This document shows, in pieces, positions 51,213 to 60,612 of a stretch of DNA of 64,000 nt. The DNA lies in the NCBI GenBank assembly GCA_049512075.1, contig JBEKXL010000001.1, positions 32,001 through 96,000 of the forward strand, given 5' to 3'. The notes beneath the pieces were generated by a model. The model was not told the origin of the DNA. It saw only the letters and a list, made by a program, of their open reading frames with translations, and did not search any database. This DNA is from Candidatus Bathyarchaeia archaeon. Its GTDB lineage: Archaea > Thermoproteota > Bathyarchaeia > Bathyarchaeales > Bathycorpusculaceae. A program made the translations under genes and the position numbers. Position 1 is the stretch's first letter; the number at the start of each line of letters is the position of its first letter.

Positions 51213-52094
51213 TTAAGCGGATTGTGGGCTGGGGCAGGAGCGGTTTGTAGCAAGATTGGTTAAGTATACGCCTCCAAGGGTGAGCCCTGAGCCCAGAAGT
51301 AATTCGAGGTTGAAGGGCTCTTTGAGAAATATCCATCCGAATAGGAGGGCGACTGCGGGAACGAGCAGGGCGGAGCTTGAAAGAGTTGTTGCTTCTTCAT
51401 CTCTTAGCAGATGAAGCCAGAGTATGTTGCCGATACCCAACGCGCCCGCAGCTGAAAAGAGAATTAGTGCAGCGTACTGCGGACTCATAGGAAACGCAAG
51501 ACTGTTCATACCTAAACTTAGAGTGATGAAGAGAACTGAACCGATGGCCAATTGCAGGAAGACTCCTATGAAAGGATCTGCGTGACATAGAAACTTCTTA
51601 TAGTAGACAACCGAGATTCCCCAGAAGAGAGCAGATAAGATCAGGATTAGAGTTGACCCGAGAGTGAAAGAGCCTGTTTTGTTGAGGAAGAGGATGGCGA
51701 CTCCGGTGAACCCTATGGCAGCTCCTAGTATCTTGCTGGCTGTGATTTTCTCTTTTAGGAATGGTGCTGCTAGGCACAGGACGAAGAGTGGTTGAGTGTA
51801 AAGGATTACCGCACTGATGCCTGAGCTCCCGCCAGCAAGCCCGAAGATCTGTCCTGCGTTTACCGCGGTATAGATGAGACCGTAGACTGTCAGTCCGCCC
51901 AGAGTTCCCAGATCTCGGGGCAATCTCTTGCGGAGTATGAGAAAAACTGGAAGGAGAACAGCAACGGAAATCACGAATCGGTGCAGAAGCAGCGTTGAAG
52001 GCGAAACGGAATTCAAAGCTATCTTCATCACAGAATAGTTCGATCCCCAAAGAACGACTAAAGCTATGAAAAGCGGCACGTTATGCAACTTCAG
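51213..52094 (-). CDS. EamA/DMT family transporter (start CTG 52094 or TTG 52088)
   Basis: LWGSN, P..L..HRF, TQP.F and LKE motifs; about 10 TM helices. Confidence 0.88.
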   Translation of the reverse strand: MKLHNVPLFIALVVLWGSNYSVMKIALNSVSPSTLLLHRFVISVAVLLPVFLILRKRLPRDLGTLGGLTVYGLIYTAVNAGQIFGLAGGSSGISAVILYTQPLFVLCLAAPFLKEKITASKILGAAIGFTGVAILFLNKTGSFTLGSTLILILSALFWGISVVYYKKFLCHADPFIGVFLQLAIGSVLFITLSLGMNSLAFPMSPQYAALILFSAAGALGIGNILWLHLLRDEEATTLSSSALLVPAVALLFGWIFLKEPFNLELLLGSGLTLGGVYLTNLATNRSCPSPQSA

Positions 52095-52316
52095 ACAGCC
52101 TTGCCTCCCAGCACGGATGTCTTCTAAAATGCACTGTAATATAAAAATCACATGGCAAAGTCCATCGTGGCACAATTCTGGATTCAGCGCGTTACAAAGA
52201 TATTGACGCGCAGTTACAAGCTCAGGTCTGAACTGATTCTTCTCAATTGGAGAAGGATGTGATTACGAGTTCAAATTCCGATGAAATCGTTATTTGTGCG
52301 ACAGAAGAGGGCACTC

Positions 52317-52682
52317 TCAGTCCGTTCTCTTTTGTTTCTTTTTGTAGCGTCTTCGTATTTTTTCTGCAAGCTTGCCGTCCTCCACTATTAAGGCACCCTG
52401 ATAGCCACAGTTAAGGCATTTCCAGATGGAAGGGCGATAGAAGATGAGAAAGTTGATGTTGGTGGAACCGCATTTTGGACAGAACTTTATTCTGCTCATG
52501 ATTTCTTCTTGTTCTTTTAATTTAACTACAGACTTTTTGAGGCTCCACTTCTCTTTCAATATGTTGCCGAACTCGGTGAAATTTAACCCTTTAGCTTCCT
52601 CCCCACACAGCGGACAATGCTGCCCCCGCTCGAGCTGCTTATCATACACACACTTAGGATTTGGGCAAGTCCATGATGGCAT
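52317..52682 (-). CDS. Small protein with two Zn-ribbon modules
   Basis: CPNPKC..CPLCG and FCPKCGS..WKCLNCGY motifs. Confidence 0.75.
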   Translation of the reverse strand: MPSWTCPNPKCVYDKQLERGQHCPLCGEEAKGLNFTEFGNILKEKWSLKKSVVKLKEQEEIMSRIKFCPKCGSTNINFLIFYRPSIWKCLNCGYQGALIVEDGKLAEKIRRRYKKKQKRTD

Positions 52683-52728
52683 GCTAGCGCCTCATCAAAG
52701 ACAGACCGATCATGAAAGATAAAACTTT

Positions 52729-53085
52729 TTATGGGATCAACGCACGCGCTTTCCGACAGAACAAGCCGAGCGCTGTCATCAATGCTTTACCTGTGTCTCG
52801 TTTGGCGTAGTGCGTGAAAGTGAATTTGAGTTCTTCCAAGACCTGCTGGTCAGTCCACTGTTCGAAGAAGCGTCGGCTGAAACATGTGTCATATTTCCAG
52901 CCGTGTTTGGCGTTCGCCTGCAATTTCGTCATTCTGAGCATCAACCTGCTCAGGCGACAGTTGCAGCACGTGTCGGCCCACCAAAGCTCGCCGCCGAGTA
53001 AGTGTTTTGCTGTCCATGTGGTGTGGTAGAGGAAGTCGTTGACAACTTCGAGAAACTCGTCCTGCGTCGGCGCGCACGATAATCG
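52729..53085 (-). pseudogene. Degenerate C-terminal fragment of an aminoglycoside 6-adenylyltransferase (AadK-like) family gene
   Basis: PTQDEF..VVNDF.YH..WTAK.L..GELWWA, YDT.F.RRFFEQW and F.HY motifs; N-terminal nucleotidyltransferase domain absent. Confidence 0.6.
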
Positions 53086-53149
53086 CGTGGGCTCGGACAA
53101 AAGCTTTATAGACTCTTGATTGGCGTTGGAGTCACCGCCGGGAAAAGCA

Positions 53150-54442
53150 ATGGCTGAGTATGATGTTGTCATCGTGGGGAGTGGAATTCTTGGCTTGTCG
53201 ACCGCTTACCACATAAAGAATGCGCATCCTAAAGCGGAGATCTTGGTTATAGACAAGTTGAGGTCTGCTGGTCAGGGCAACACAGCTCGGAGCGCGGCTG
53301 CTTTCCGCTGCATATTCTCGTCACGAACAAACTATGCTCTTGCTGATTCCTCCGTCGAATTCTACAGGCATTTGCAGGAAGATTTGAGCGTGGATCTCAA
53401 GCTGCAATGGCTGGGTTATCTTTGGCTCATGACCGAAGAAGACTACAGGGAGATTCCTCCAATTTTCAGGGATTTGGCCATCAAGCGCGATCTGAAATAC
53501 ATTGAGTACGAAGGCAAAGAACTGGCCCAGAGATTGTGCGTGCGGATAGACCTGAAAAAAGACGAAGAAGCACAGTCGATGGGTTTGGAGAATATTTTCG
53601 GAGGCATCCTAATCCCCAAAGCGGGCGTCATAAACGATGTCAGCTCCTTGGCCAACTTCTATGAAACCGAGTTCTTAAGACTCGGCGGGAAAATCCAGTA
53701 CGGAGTAGAGGCCAAGAGCTTGGTCGCTGAACCTCGCCAACCTTTGGGCATTCCGGGTGAACCCTATTTTTGGCAGACCGCAAGGGTCGCAGGGGTAAGC
53801 ACTGATAAAGGTGTTATCAGGGCAAAAAAGACCATTTGGGCGGCTGGCGCTTGGGCATCACATATCTTGGATCGCGTGGGGATTGAGTGTTACATTAAGC
53901 CGAAGAAAAGACAGTTCTTCGCCATATCGGCCAAGAGCGGTGGCCTGCAAGAACTGTTGTTCACTAAGGGGTTTAATCTAGTTGGCTGTTTGCCCTTCAC
54001 CATTCTGCCAAGGCTCAGAGTGTACATTCGGCCATTTTCCAAAGAAGGAACCTATTGGGTTGGCTACGCTGACGATTTCCCGAGAGCCTTCAAACTTGAG
54101 GAAGACCCGCAGCCTGAAAAAAGTTTCTATGAATATGGCATTTATCAAGTCCTGACGAAATACTTTCCACAGTTTAAGAATGTCCGTGCATCTTCTGCTT
54201 TTGCAGGCTTGTACGAAGTCAACACCCTTGACGGCCACCCAGTGATTTTTGAAGAGAATGATTTGATGGTGGTGGGCGGCGCCAGTGGAAGCGGAATCAC
54301 AAAAGCAGACGCTATAGGAAGAATCGCTGAAGCCTTATACAGTTACAAAGAGTATGCATGTTTTTACGGTGACAAGAAGTTCAAAGTCAGTGACCTAGGC
54401 CTCGAAAAAAGATATGTGGAGCCCGAGAAACTAGTACTCTAG
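53150..54442 (+). CDS. FAD-dependent oxidoreductase, DAO/sarcosine oxidase-proline dehydrogenase beta family
   Basis: IVGSGILG...AY, GNT.RSAA, AAGAW, AGLY and GASGSGI motifs. Confidence 0.88.
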   Translation: MAEYDVVIVGSGILGLSTAYHIKNAHPKAEILVIDKLRSAGQGNTARSAAAFRCIFSSRTNYALADSSVEFYRHLQEDLSVDLKLQWLGYLWLMTEEDYREIPPIFRDLAIKRDLKYIEYEGKELAQRLCVRIDLKKDEEAQSMGLENIFGGILIPKAGVINDVSSLANFYETEFLRLGGKIQYGVEAKSLVAEPRQPLGIPGEPYFWQTARVAGVSTDKGVIRAKKTIWAAGAWASHILDRVGIECYIKPKKRQFFAISAKSGGLQELLFTKGFNLVGCLPFTILPRLRVYIRPFSKEGTYWVGYADDFPRAFKLEEDPQPEKSFYEYGIYQVLTKYFPQFKNVRASSAFAGLYEVNTLDGHPVIFEENDLMVVGGASGSGITKADAIGRIAEALYSYKEYACFYGDKKFKVSDLGLEKRYVEPEKLVL

Positions 54443-54494
54443 CGCGAGAGTGCGCTTCATGCAACACGAACAAGGATGGAAAAAAGGGAAAAAG

Positions 54495-55631
54495 ATGAAA
54501 ACAAACAAACCAACCACTTATTTTTGGTCAGGAAACGAGGCTTGCGTTGAGGCGGCGATAATTGCCGGATGCCGATTCTTCGCGGGTTACCCGATATCGC
54601 CTTCGAACGAGATACCCGAAGGCCTTTCAGAACGCTTGCCAAAAGTTGATGGAATATTCATGCAGATGGAAGACGAGCTGGCTTCCATAGGCGCGGTTAT
54701 GGGTGCAAGCTGGGCGGGAAAAAAGGCCATGACCGCTACTTCGGGGCCCGGTTTCAGCCTCATGCAGGAAACCATAGGCTGGGGATTCATGACTGAAACA
54801 CCCTGCGTAATAGTTGACGTTCAAAGAGTGGGACCGGGCACGGGACAAGCAACCAAATGTGCACAGGGAGACGTTATGCAGGCACGCTGGGGAACGCACG
54901 GCGACTACGCGGCCGTTGCACTGTCGCCGAACTCGGTTCAGGAAATGTTTGAGCTCACGATAAGAGCCTTCAACCTAGCTGAAAAGTATCGCACGCCGGT
55001 CATTCTTCTGGCAGACGAGACCATAGCCCACGTCAGAGAACAGATAATGGTTCCGCTACTGAAGAGCATAGATATTGTCAATCGCAAAAAACCAGAGATA
55101 GGAGAAACAGAGTTCTTCGGTCTGGAGGAAGTCGCACCGATGCCAGCCGTGGGCGAAGGCTTCAACGTGGCCGTGACGGCTTCAACGCACGACGAACGTG
55201 GAGTCCGATTCACCCAGGACGCCGCGGTGCATAGAAGGATGCTGGAGAGCCTTAACGCAAAGATAGACAATCACGCGGACGACATTGTGGAGGTGGAGAG
55301 CCACAATGTTGACGACTGCAGGGTAGGCATAGTCTCCTTCGGCTGCACGTCCCGTGCGGTCTACGAGGCTGTTGAAAGGGCAGAAGCGTTGGGAATCAAA
55401 ACGGGCTACGTCCGCCTGAAAACGCTGTGGCCTTTCCCAGACAAAGCCGTCCGAAGGCTAGCCAAATCTGCTGAGAGAATTATCGTTCCAGAAATGAACC
55501 TGGGACAAGTTGCCAGAGAAGTTCAGAGAGTAGCAGGCAAAACGGAAATTGTGAAGTTGAACAAGATCGGAGGGGGCGAGCTTATCACGCCTGAGGAAGT
55601 ATTTGACAAAATCGTTGGAGGAGGAAAATGA
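54495..55631 (+). CDS. korA: 2-oxoacid:ferredoxin oxidoreductase alpha subunit
   Basis: GYPISP, QMEDE, TATSGPG, QRVGP.TG and PEMNLGQ motifs. Confidence 0.92.
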   Translation: MKTNKPTTYFWSGNEACVEAAIIAGCRFFAGYPISPSNEIPEGLSERLPKVDGIFMQMEDELASIGAVMGASWAGKKAMTATSGPGFSLMQETIGWGFMTETPCVIVDVQRVGPGTGQATKCAQGDVMQARWGTHGDYAAVALSPNSVQEMFELTIRAFNLAEKYRTPVILLADETIAHVREQIMVPLLKSIDIVNRKKPEIGETEFFGLEEVAPMPAVGEGFNVAVTASTHDERGVRFTQDAAVHRRMLESLNAKIDNHADDIVEVESHNVDDCRVGIVSFGCTSRAVYEAVERAEALGIKTGYVRLKTLWPFPDKAVRRLAKSAERIIVPEMNLGQVAREVQRVAGKTEIVKLNKIGGGELITPEEVFDKIVGGGK

Positions 55632-55632
55632 A

Positions 55633-56466
55633 ATGTCTGGGGTGTTCTCGTCTCGCAAGTACATGAGGGATTTGAAGCTGCCGTTCTGTCCGGGCTGCGG
55701 GTTGTTTTCGCTCGGCGACGCTTTCCTGAGGGCTGTGCATGAGCTGGGCCATGAAGACTTGAGCGGGTTTTGTTTCGCCAGTGGAATAGGCTGTTCTTCT
55801 TGGATTCCTTCGCCGTATTTTCTCGCAGATTCAGTTCACACCCTTCACGGCAGAAGTATACCAGTTGCGACAAGCATCAAGCTCGTGCGTCCGGACCTAA
55901 GCGTAGTCGTGTTCGGCGGGGACGGAGACATCGTGGGCATCGGATTGAGCCACTTTGTACACGCTGCGAGACGCAACACGGACATACTCGTCATAATGGG
56001 CAACAACATGGTTTACGGCATGACAGGCGGGCAAGTAGCGCCTACAACACCGTTCAAGACTAGGACAACAACCACTCCCTACGGAAGCTTTGAACACCCA
56101 TTGGATGCTGCAAGACTCGCAGTCGGCGCTGGAGCAGCATATTCTGCGCGTTGGACTACTGCACACTTGAAAGAATTGAAAGAATCAATCAAGAGCGCGC
56201 TCCAGATGCCGGGCTTCAAGTTCATCGAGGTTGTAACTCACTGTTATACAGCGTACGGCAGAAGAGCCGGCTTCAAGGACACAGGAGAGATGCTAAAGTA
56301 CTACAGAGAAAACGCTGTCGCAGCACAGCAGGCTGAGAAAATGAGCGAAGAAGAGCTTGAGGGGAAAATAGTTATCGGAGAATTCGTGCGGAGAAAGCGT
56401 CCGACACTCGTGGAGACGGTTTACGCCATGATTGAGGGGGCAAAGGCAAGTGGCGAACAAGACTGA
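55633..56466 (+). CDS. korB: 2-oxoacid:ferredoxin oxidoreductase beta subunit
   Basis: FCPGCG, SGIGCS, HTLHGR, GGDGD and YGMTGGQ.APTT motifs. Confidence 0.93.
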   Translation: MSGVFSSRKYMRDLKLPFCPGCGLFSLGDAFLRAVHELGHEDLSGFCFASGIGCSSWIPSPYFLADSVHTLHGRSIPVATSIKLVRPDLSVVVFGGDGDIVGIGLSHFVHAARRNTDILVIMGNNMVYGMTGGQVAPTTPFKTRTTTTPYGSFEHPLDAARLAVGAGAAYSARWTTAHLKELKESIKSALQMPGFKFIEVVTHCYTAYGRRAGFKDTGEMLKYYRENAVAAQQAEKMSEEELEGKIVIGEFVRRKRPTLVETVYAMIEGAKASGEQD

Positions 56467-56983
56467 AATAAGATTCGGGGGCAGCGGCGGACAGGGCGTT
56501 GTGTTAGCCGCGCAGATCCTTGGAAAAGCCGCGGTTCTGGATGGAAGGAACGCTTTGCAAACACAAGCCTACGGAGCCGAGTCCAGAGGAAGCATGGCCA
56601 GGAGCGAAGTCATCATATCAGACGGCAAAATAGGCTTCCCAGCCGTTAGAAAATGCGACATACTCGTAGCCATGAACCAAGAATCTCTCAACGCGCTAAT
56701 CAAGGATGTGAAAGAAAACGGAATGCTCATGGTGGACAGCACTAACGTAACAGACATACCTCAAACAAAAGTTCAAGTCCACAGGATTGCAATCACGGAA
56801 ACTGCCAAGAAAGCATTTGGGGAAGCATTCTATGCAAACATGATTATGCTTGGAGCCTTCACAAAAATAGCCAACCTCGTGAGCAGAGAAGCGATGGAAA
56901 AGACAATCAGAGAAAACGTTTCGAATAAAACCATTGAAAACAACATCAAAGCCTTCCAGAAAGGCCTAGAACTAAACCATTAA
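56450..56983 (+). CDS. korC: 2-oxoacid:ferredoxin oxidoreductase gamma subunit
   Basis: GSGGQG, YGAESRG and NMIMLGA motifs. Confidence 0.92.
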   Translation: MANKTEIRFGGSGGQGVVLAAQILGKAAVLDGRNALQTQAYGAESRGSMARSEVIISDGKIGFPAVRKCDILVAMNQESLNALIKDVKENGMLMVDSTNVTDIPQTKVQVHRIAITETAKKAFGEAFYANMIMLGAFTKIANLVSREAMEKTIRENVSNKTIENNIKAFQKGLELNH

Positions 56984-57072
56984 AGATCGAAGACTCCTCG
57001 CAGAAGAATTGAGACACATAAAGAAAACTCGCTACACCGTGGCATCTGCGCGCGCCTTGCAAGAAGCGCGTT

Positions 57073-57252
57073 CTAGATTCTCAGAAACGCAGTTTTCCAT
57101 GTTGCCGATGACGTGAGCAGGCGGCGCGCGCGCTTTTCCGGCGACAGTTTTTTAGGCCCAAAATATGCGTCGACGATGCTGATCCCCGTGACTTTCTTCG
57201 TGAAATTGCCGATTTGCATGAGCAGTTTCAAGTAATCTTCGCCCAAAGCCAT
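57073..57252 (-). pseudogene. Probable truncated gene (59-aa N-terminal fragment)
   Basis: MALGEDYLKLLMQIG...IVDAYFGP, degrading at a (GC)5 run. Confidence 0.4.
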
Positions 57253-57353
57253 GACGTTGCCTCAAGCAGGTCGATTGCCTAGGTGAATATAAAACAGTTT
57301 AGCGGACTCGCACAATGTTTTTATCCTTCCAAAAAAGTAGTAACGCGAGGTTT

Positions 57354-58352
57354 ATGTCAGACATAATCACTGTCAACAACCTTGTCATGGTGTACTCCGA
57401 CGGGACAAAGGCTGTTGACAATATTTCCTTCAACGTTAAGGAAGGCGAATTCTTCGGGTTTCTGGGTCCCAACGGAGCCGGAAAAAGCACAACGATCAAG
57501 ATTCTTACAACGCTCCTGAGAAAAACATCCGGTTCGGCCATCGTGGCAGGCCATGACCTTGACAAGGAGTCCGAGGAGATTCGAAAGCTCATCGGCGTGC
57601 AGAGCCAAGACACAGCTGTCGACGGAGACCTCACCGGCAGGGAGAATCTAATGCTTCAAGGTCATTTTCAACAGTTGCCCAGCCCCGAACTTAAGCAACG
57701 CGTGAACGAACTCTTGAAACTCGTGGAACTCGAAGACGCCGCGGACAAGCGTGCAAGAAACTATTCAGGCGGCATGAAGAAGAGGCTTGACCTCGCTACG
57801 GCCCTCGTCCACAGGCCGAGGTTGCTCTTCCTGGATGAGCCGACGACGGGCCTAGATCCTCAATCGCGCGCCGCGATATGGGCTTACCTTGAGAAGCTAA
57901 ACAAGAAAGAAGGCACCACCATATTTTTGACGACACAATACATGGAAGAGGCCGATAAACTCTGTCGGCAACTATCGATAATCGATTTCGGAAAGATAGT
58001 CGCCAGCGGGTCTCCAGCTGAGCTTAAACGCCAGGTCGGAGCCGACTCCATTAAACTATCACTTGAGAATTGTGCTAGGGATAAACCGAGCGCAAAGGAT
58101 ATCGTTAGCAGCCTTGAAGGCGTGACAAACGTGATCGATTCTGATGAGTGCTTGACCGTGTACGCGAAGAACGCGGGACTCATCATCGCCGACATCGTTA
58201 GAGCGTTTGACAGCAGAGGCATTCGGCTATCATCGGTCAGCTTTTCGTCGCCGACTCTTGATGACATCTTTCTGCAACACACGGGAAGGAGAATAAGGGC
58301 TGAGGAGCTTGTCAAGACCCCAAGCGCCATGCTTGGCGGAAGGAGGCGATAG
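57354..58352 (+). CDS. DrrA-like ABC exporter ATPase
   Basis: GPNGAGKST, YSGGMKKRL, DEPTTGLDP and PTLDDIFL motifs. Confidence 0.93.
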   Translation: MSDIITVNNLVMVYSDGTKAVDNISFNVKEGEFFGFLGPNGAGKSTTIKILTTLLRKTSGSAIVAGHDLDKESEEIRKLIGVQSQDTAVDGDLTGRENLMLQGHFQQLPSPELKQRVNELLKLVELEDAADKRARNYSGGMKKRLDLATALVHRPRLLFLDEPTTGLDPQSRAAIWAYLEKLNKKEGTTIFLTTQYMEEADKLCRQLSIIDFGKIVASGSPAELKRQVGADSIKLSLENCARDKPSAKDIVSSLEGVTNVIDSDECLTVYAKNAGLIIADIVRAFDSRGIRLSSVSFSSPTLDDIFLQHTGRRIRAEELVKTPSAMLGGRRR

Positions 58353-58355
58353 AAT

Positions 58356-59135
58356 ACGACTCTTTTCTCTGACACCAGATACCTCTTCGTTAGGTACTTG
58401 AAGAAACTCGTCAGAAACCCCATTCTGCTCTTCTTCTCGCTCTTTCAACCCATAATATTCCTGCTCCTTTTCACGCAGTTGTTCTCGAAGTTCTCTTCCT
58501 TGCCGGGGTTTCTCCAAGCCACTGGCGCCAGCAGCTATCTTGAGTTCGCCACTGCCGGCATCCTCCTCCAAAACGCTTTCGGCAGTGCCTTGCAATCGGG
58601 AACATCAATAGTGCTTGATCTGGATACGGGATATTTGCAGAAAATGCTCGTGACGCCAGTCAGCAGATATGCGATATTGCTGGGAAGATTGACTAGTGAC
58701 GCTTTCAGAGTCGTGGTTCAGTCGACAATCATCCTGGTGCTTGCCTATGCCTTGGGCGCCACAGTATCAACAGGGATTGTGGGAATACTGCTCATGCTTT
58801 TCACTGTAGCCTTCTTCGGCCTCGCTTGGTCTGGAATTTCCCTGGCCATAGGGTTGAAGACAAGATCCTCTGAGACAGTGTTTGCGATAGGCGGATTCAT
58901 TACTTTTCCGTTGCTGTTCTTGAGCACGGCTCTGACTCCGAGGGTCTTTATGCCCGATTGGATATTGGACGTCTCGAACTTCAACCCCATAAGCTACACC
59001 GTGGACGCGGCCCGGGCGCTCATGGTCACTGGATACGATTGGGGCACGGTGCTCAAAGCGTTCGGCGTGATTGGGCTTATCGCAGCTGTCACTTTAGGAG
59101 CGACGCTGTACCAGTTCAGGAAGGTAGTTAGCTAG
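58356..59135 (+). CDS. ABC-2 type permease (DrrB-like); probable ACG start
   Basis: (M)TLFSDTRYLFVRYLKKLVRNP, D..TG...K.LVTP and NPISY.VDA.R motifs; AGGAGG 9 nt before ACG. Confidence 0.9.
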   Translation, partial: TTLFSDTRYLFVRYLKKLVRNPILLFFSLFQPIIFLLLFTQLFSKFSSLPGFLQATGASSYLEFATAGILLQNAFGSALQSGTSIVLDLDTGYLQKMLVTPVSRYAILLGRLTSDAFRVVVQSTIILVLAYALGATVSTGIVGILLMLFTVAFFGLAWSGISLAIGLKTRSSETVFAIGGFITFPLLFLSTALTPRVFMPDWILDVSNFNPISYTVDAARALMVTGYDWGTVLKAFGVIGLIAAVTLGATLYQFRKVVS

Positions 59136-59454
59136 TTGAGAAGCGCGATTGAGATTTTTGGAATCTAACGGCGTGAAAATTTGGTTTTGCCCCGTGTGGT
59201 TTTCCCACATAGCTACTATGCGTAGAGAAAAACAGAGATGGATTACGCGTCCCCTGTGATCAGGAGCTGAAGTGAATTGGATTTGCTTGCCCGCGCAAGA
59301 CTTTGAGATATTCTATAGAGTTGAAGAAAACTGGTTCGGTACGCGAGGGGTTTTGAATACCATGAAACAGGATAAGTGCATGCTTGCAAATGCAAGTGAA
59401 CAAATTTGGCTGGCTTTAAATAGTTGAATCTCACTAAGTTAATTATGGGGAACA

Positions 59455-59661
59455 TTGTTGGAAATACAACATCGTTGCTTCAACGAGTTCCCACATCAAT
59501 GCACAGAATGTCCAAAATACAGCGAATCACTTGCCGATCCAACTTTGCAACTCGCCCTGCTGACAGGTATTGGCGGCCTACCATACCCACGGCAATACAG
59601 AAGAAGGGTTACCAAAGAATGCAAACTATATCACAAGCGCAAAGTCGAATATTCAGATTAA
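59455..59661 (+). CDS. Possible small Cys-containing protein
   Basis: 68-aa ORF with CTEC plus two more Cys, followed by a T-rich tract; no family recognised. Confidence 0.3.
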   Translation: MLEIQHRCFNEFPHQCTECPKYSESLADPTLQLALLTGIGGLPYPRQYRRRVTKECKLYHKRKVEYSD

Positions 59662-59937
59662 TGAAAAATCTCCCATAAACGACAATTGCGGGGAATCTGC
59701 GTTATTTCCCATTTTTGTCCGAGTGTTTTTTTTTCTTCTTTTTAACATTCTTCTTTTTCTCGATAGGGTGCGTATAGCGCGCGCAGGAGTGACAGAAATC
59801 GGGCCGAATAGCGGTAAGAAAAGCTCAGTTTGAGGTTTTCTGGAAACCGACGGAGTGGTCGAAGTGCTTTCAGCATTACCGCGTGCTATGACGTGTGTCG
59901 GATGAGTGGAAGCACTTGTTTGCAGAAGTGTAGGGTG

Positions 59938-60612
59938 TTAGTCTTCTGCTTTTAACCTGCCATCCTGCATGGTGTACACCTTGTCTGTGACGTCGATTAT
60001 TTTTTCGTCGTGTGTTGCGACGACCACCATGGTCTTCTCAATTTCGTTCACGTCCTGAAGTAGAATGATTATTTCCCTGGCCGTCCTCGAGTCTAGCTCT
60101 CCTGTAGGCTCGTCGGCGACTATTACCTCCGGGTTGTTTGCGAGAGCCCTCGCGATAGCCACCCGCTGCATCTCACCCATGCTCAACTGTTTCGGCCTGT
60201 GATCACGCCTGTTTGAAAGCCCTAGTCTCTCAAGAAGCTTCAGCGCCTTCTCCTCTTGCACTTCCTGAGACTTATTGGCCAGTGACATGGGCAGCTCAAC
60301 GTTCTCCAGTGCGGTCAGCGTGGGAAAAAGGTTGAAGGTTTGAAATATGAAGCCCATGCGCGTGTTACGGATCCTTCTGCGTTCGCGACCGGACAGCTGC
60401 GAAGCATCAGCATCGTCGACGAAGATGTTTCCCGAGGTCGGATAATCATTCAATCCCATCAGGTTGAGCAGTGTCGATTTGCCTGACCCTGAGGGGCCGA
60501 TGACAGCGAAGAGTTTTGGCTCTTTGAGCTCTAGGTTGACCGCTTTGACGGCTGCTATTTCTGATGAACCCACCCGGAACGTTCTTGTCAGGTTCACTGT
60601 TCGGATATTCAT
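59938..60612 (-). CDS. MacB/LolD-type ABC ATPase
   Basis: GPSGSGKST, GFIFQ.FNL, LS.GE.QRVAIARA and DEPTGELD motifs. Confidence 0.93.
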   Translation of the reverse strand: MNIRTVNLTRTFRVGSSEIAAVKAVNLELKEPKLFAVIGPSGSGKSTLLNLMGLNDYPTSGNIFVDDADASQLSGRERRRIRNTRMGFIFQTFNLFPTLTALENVELPMSLANKSQEVQEEKALKLLERLGLSNRRDHRPKQLSMGEMQRVAIARALANNPEVIVADEPTGELDSRTAREIIILLQDVNEIEKTMVVVATHDEKIIDVTDKVYTMQDGRLKAED

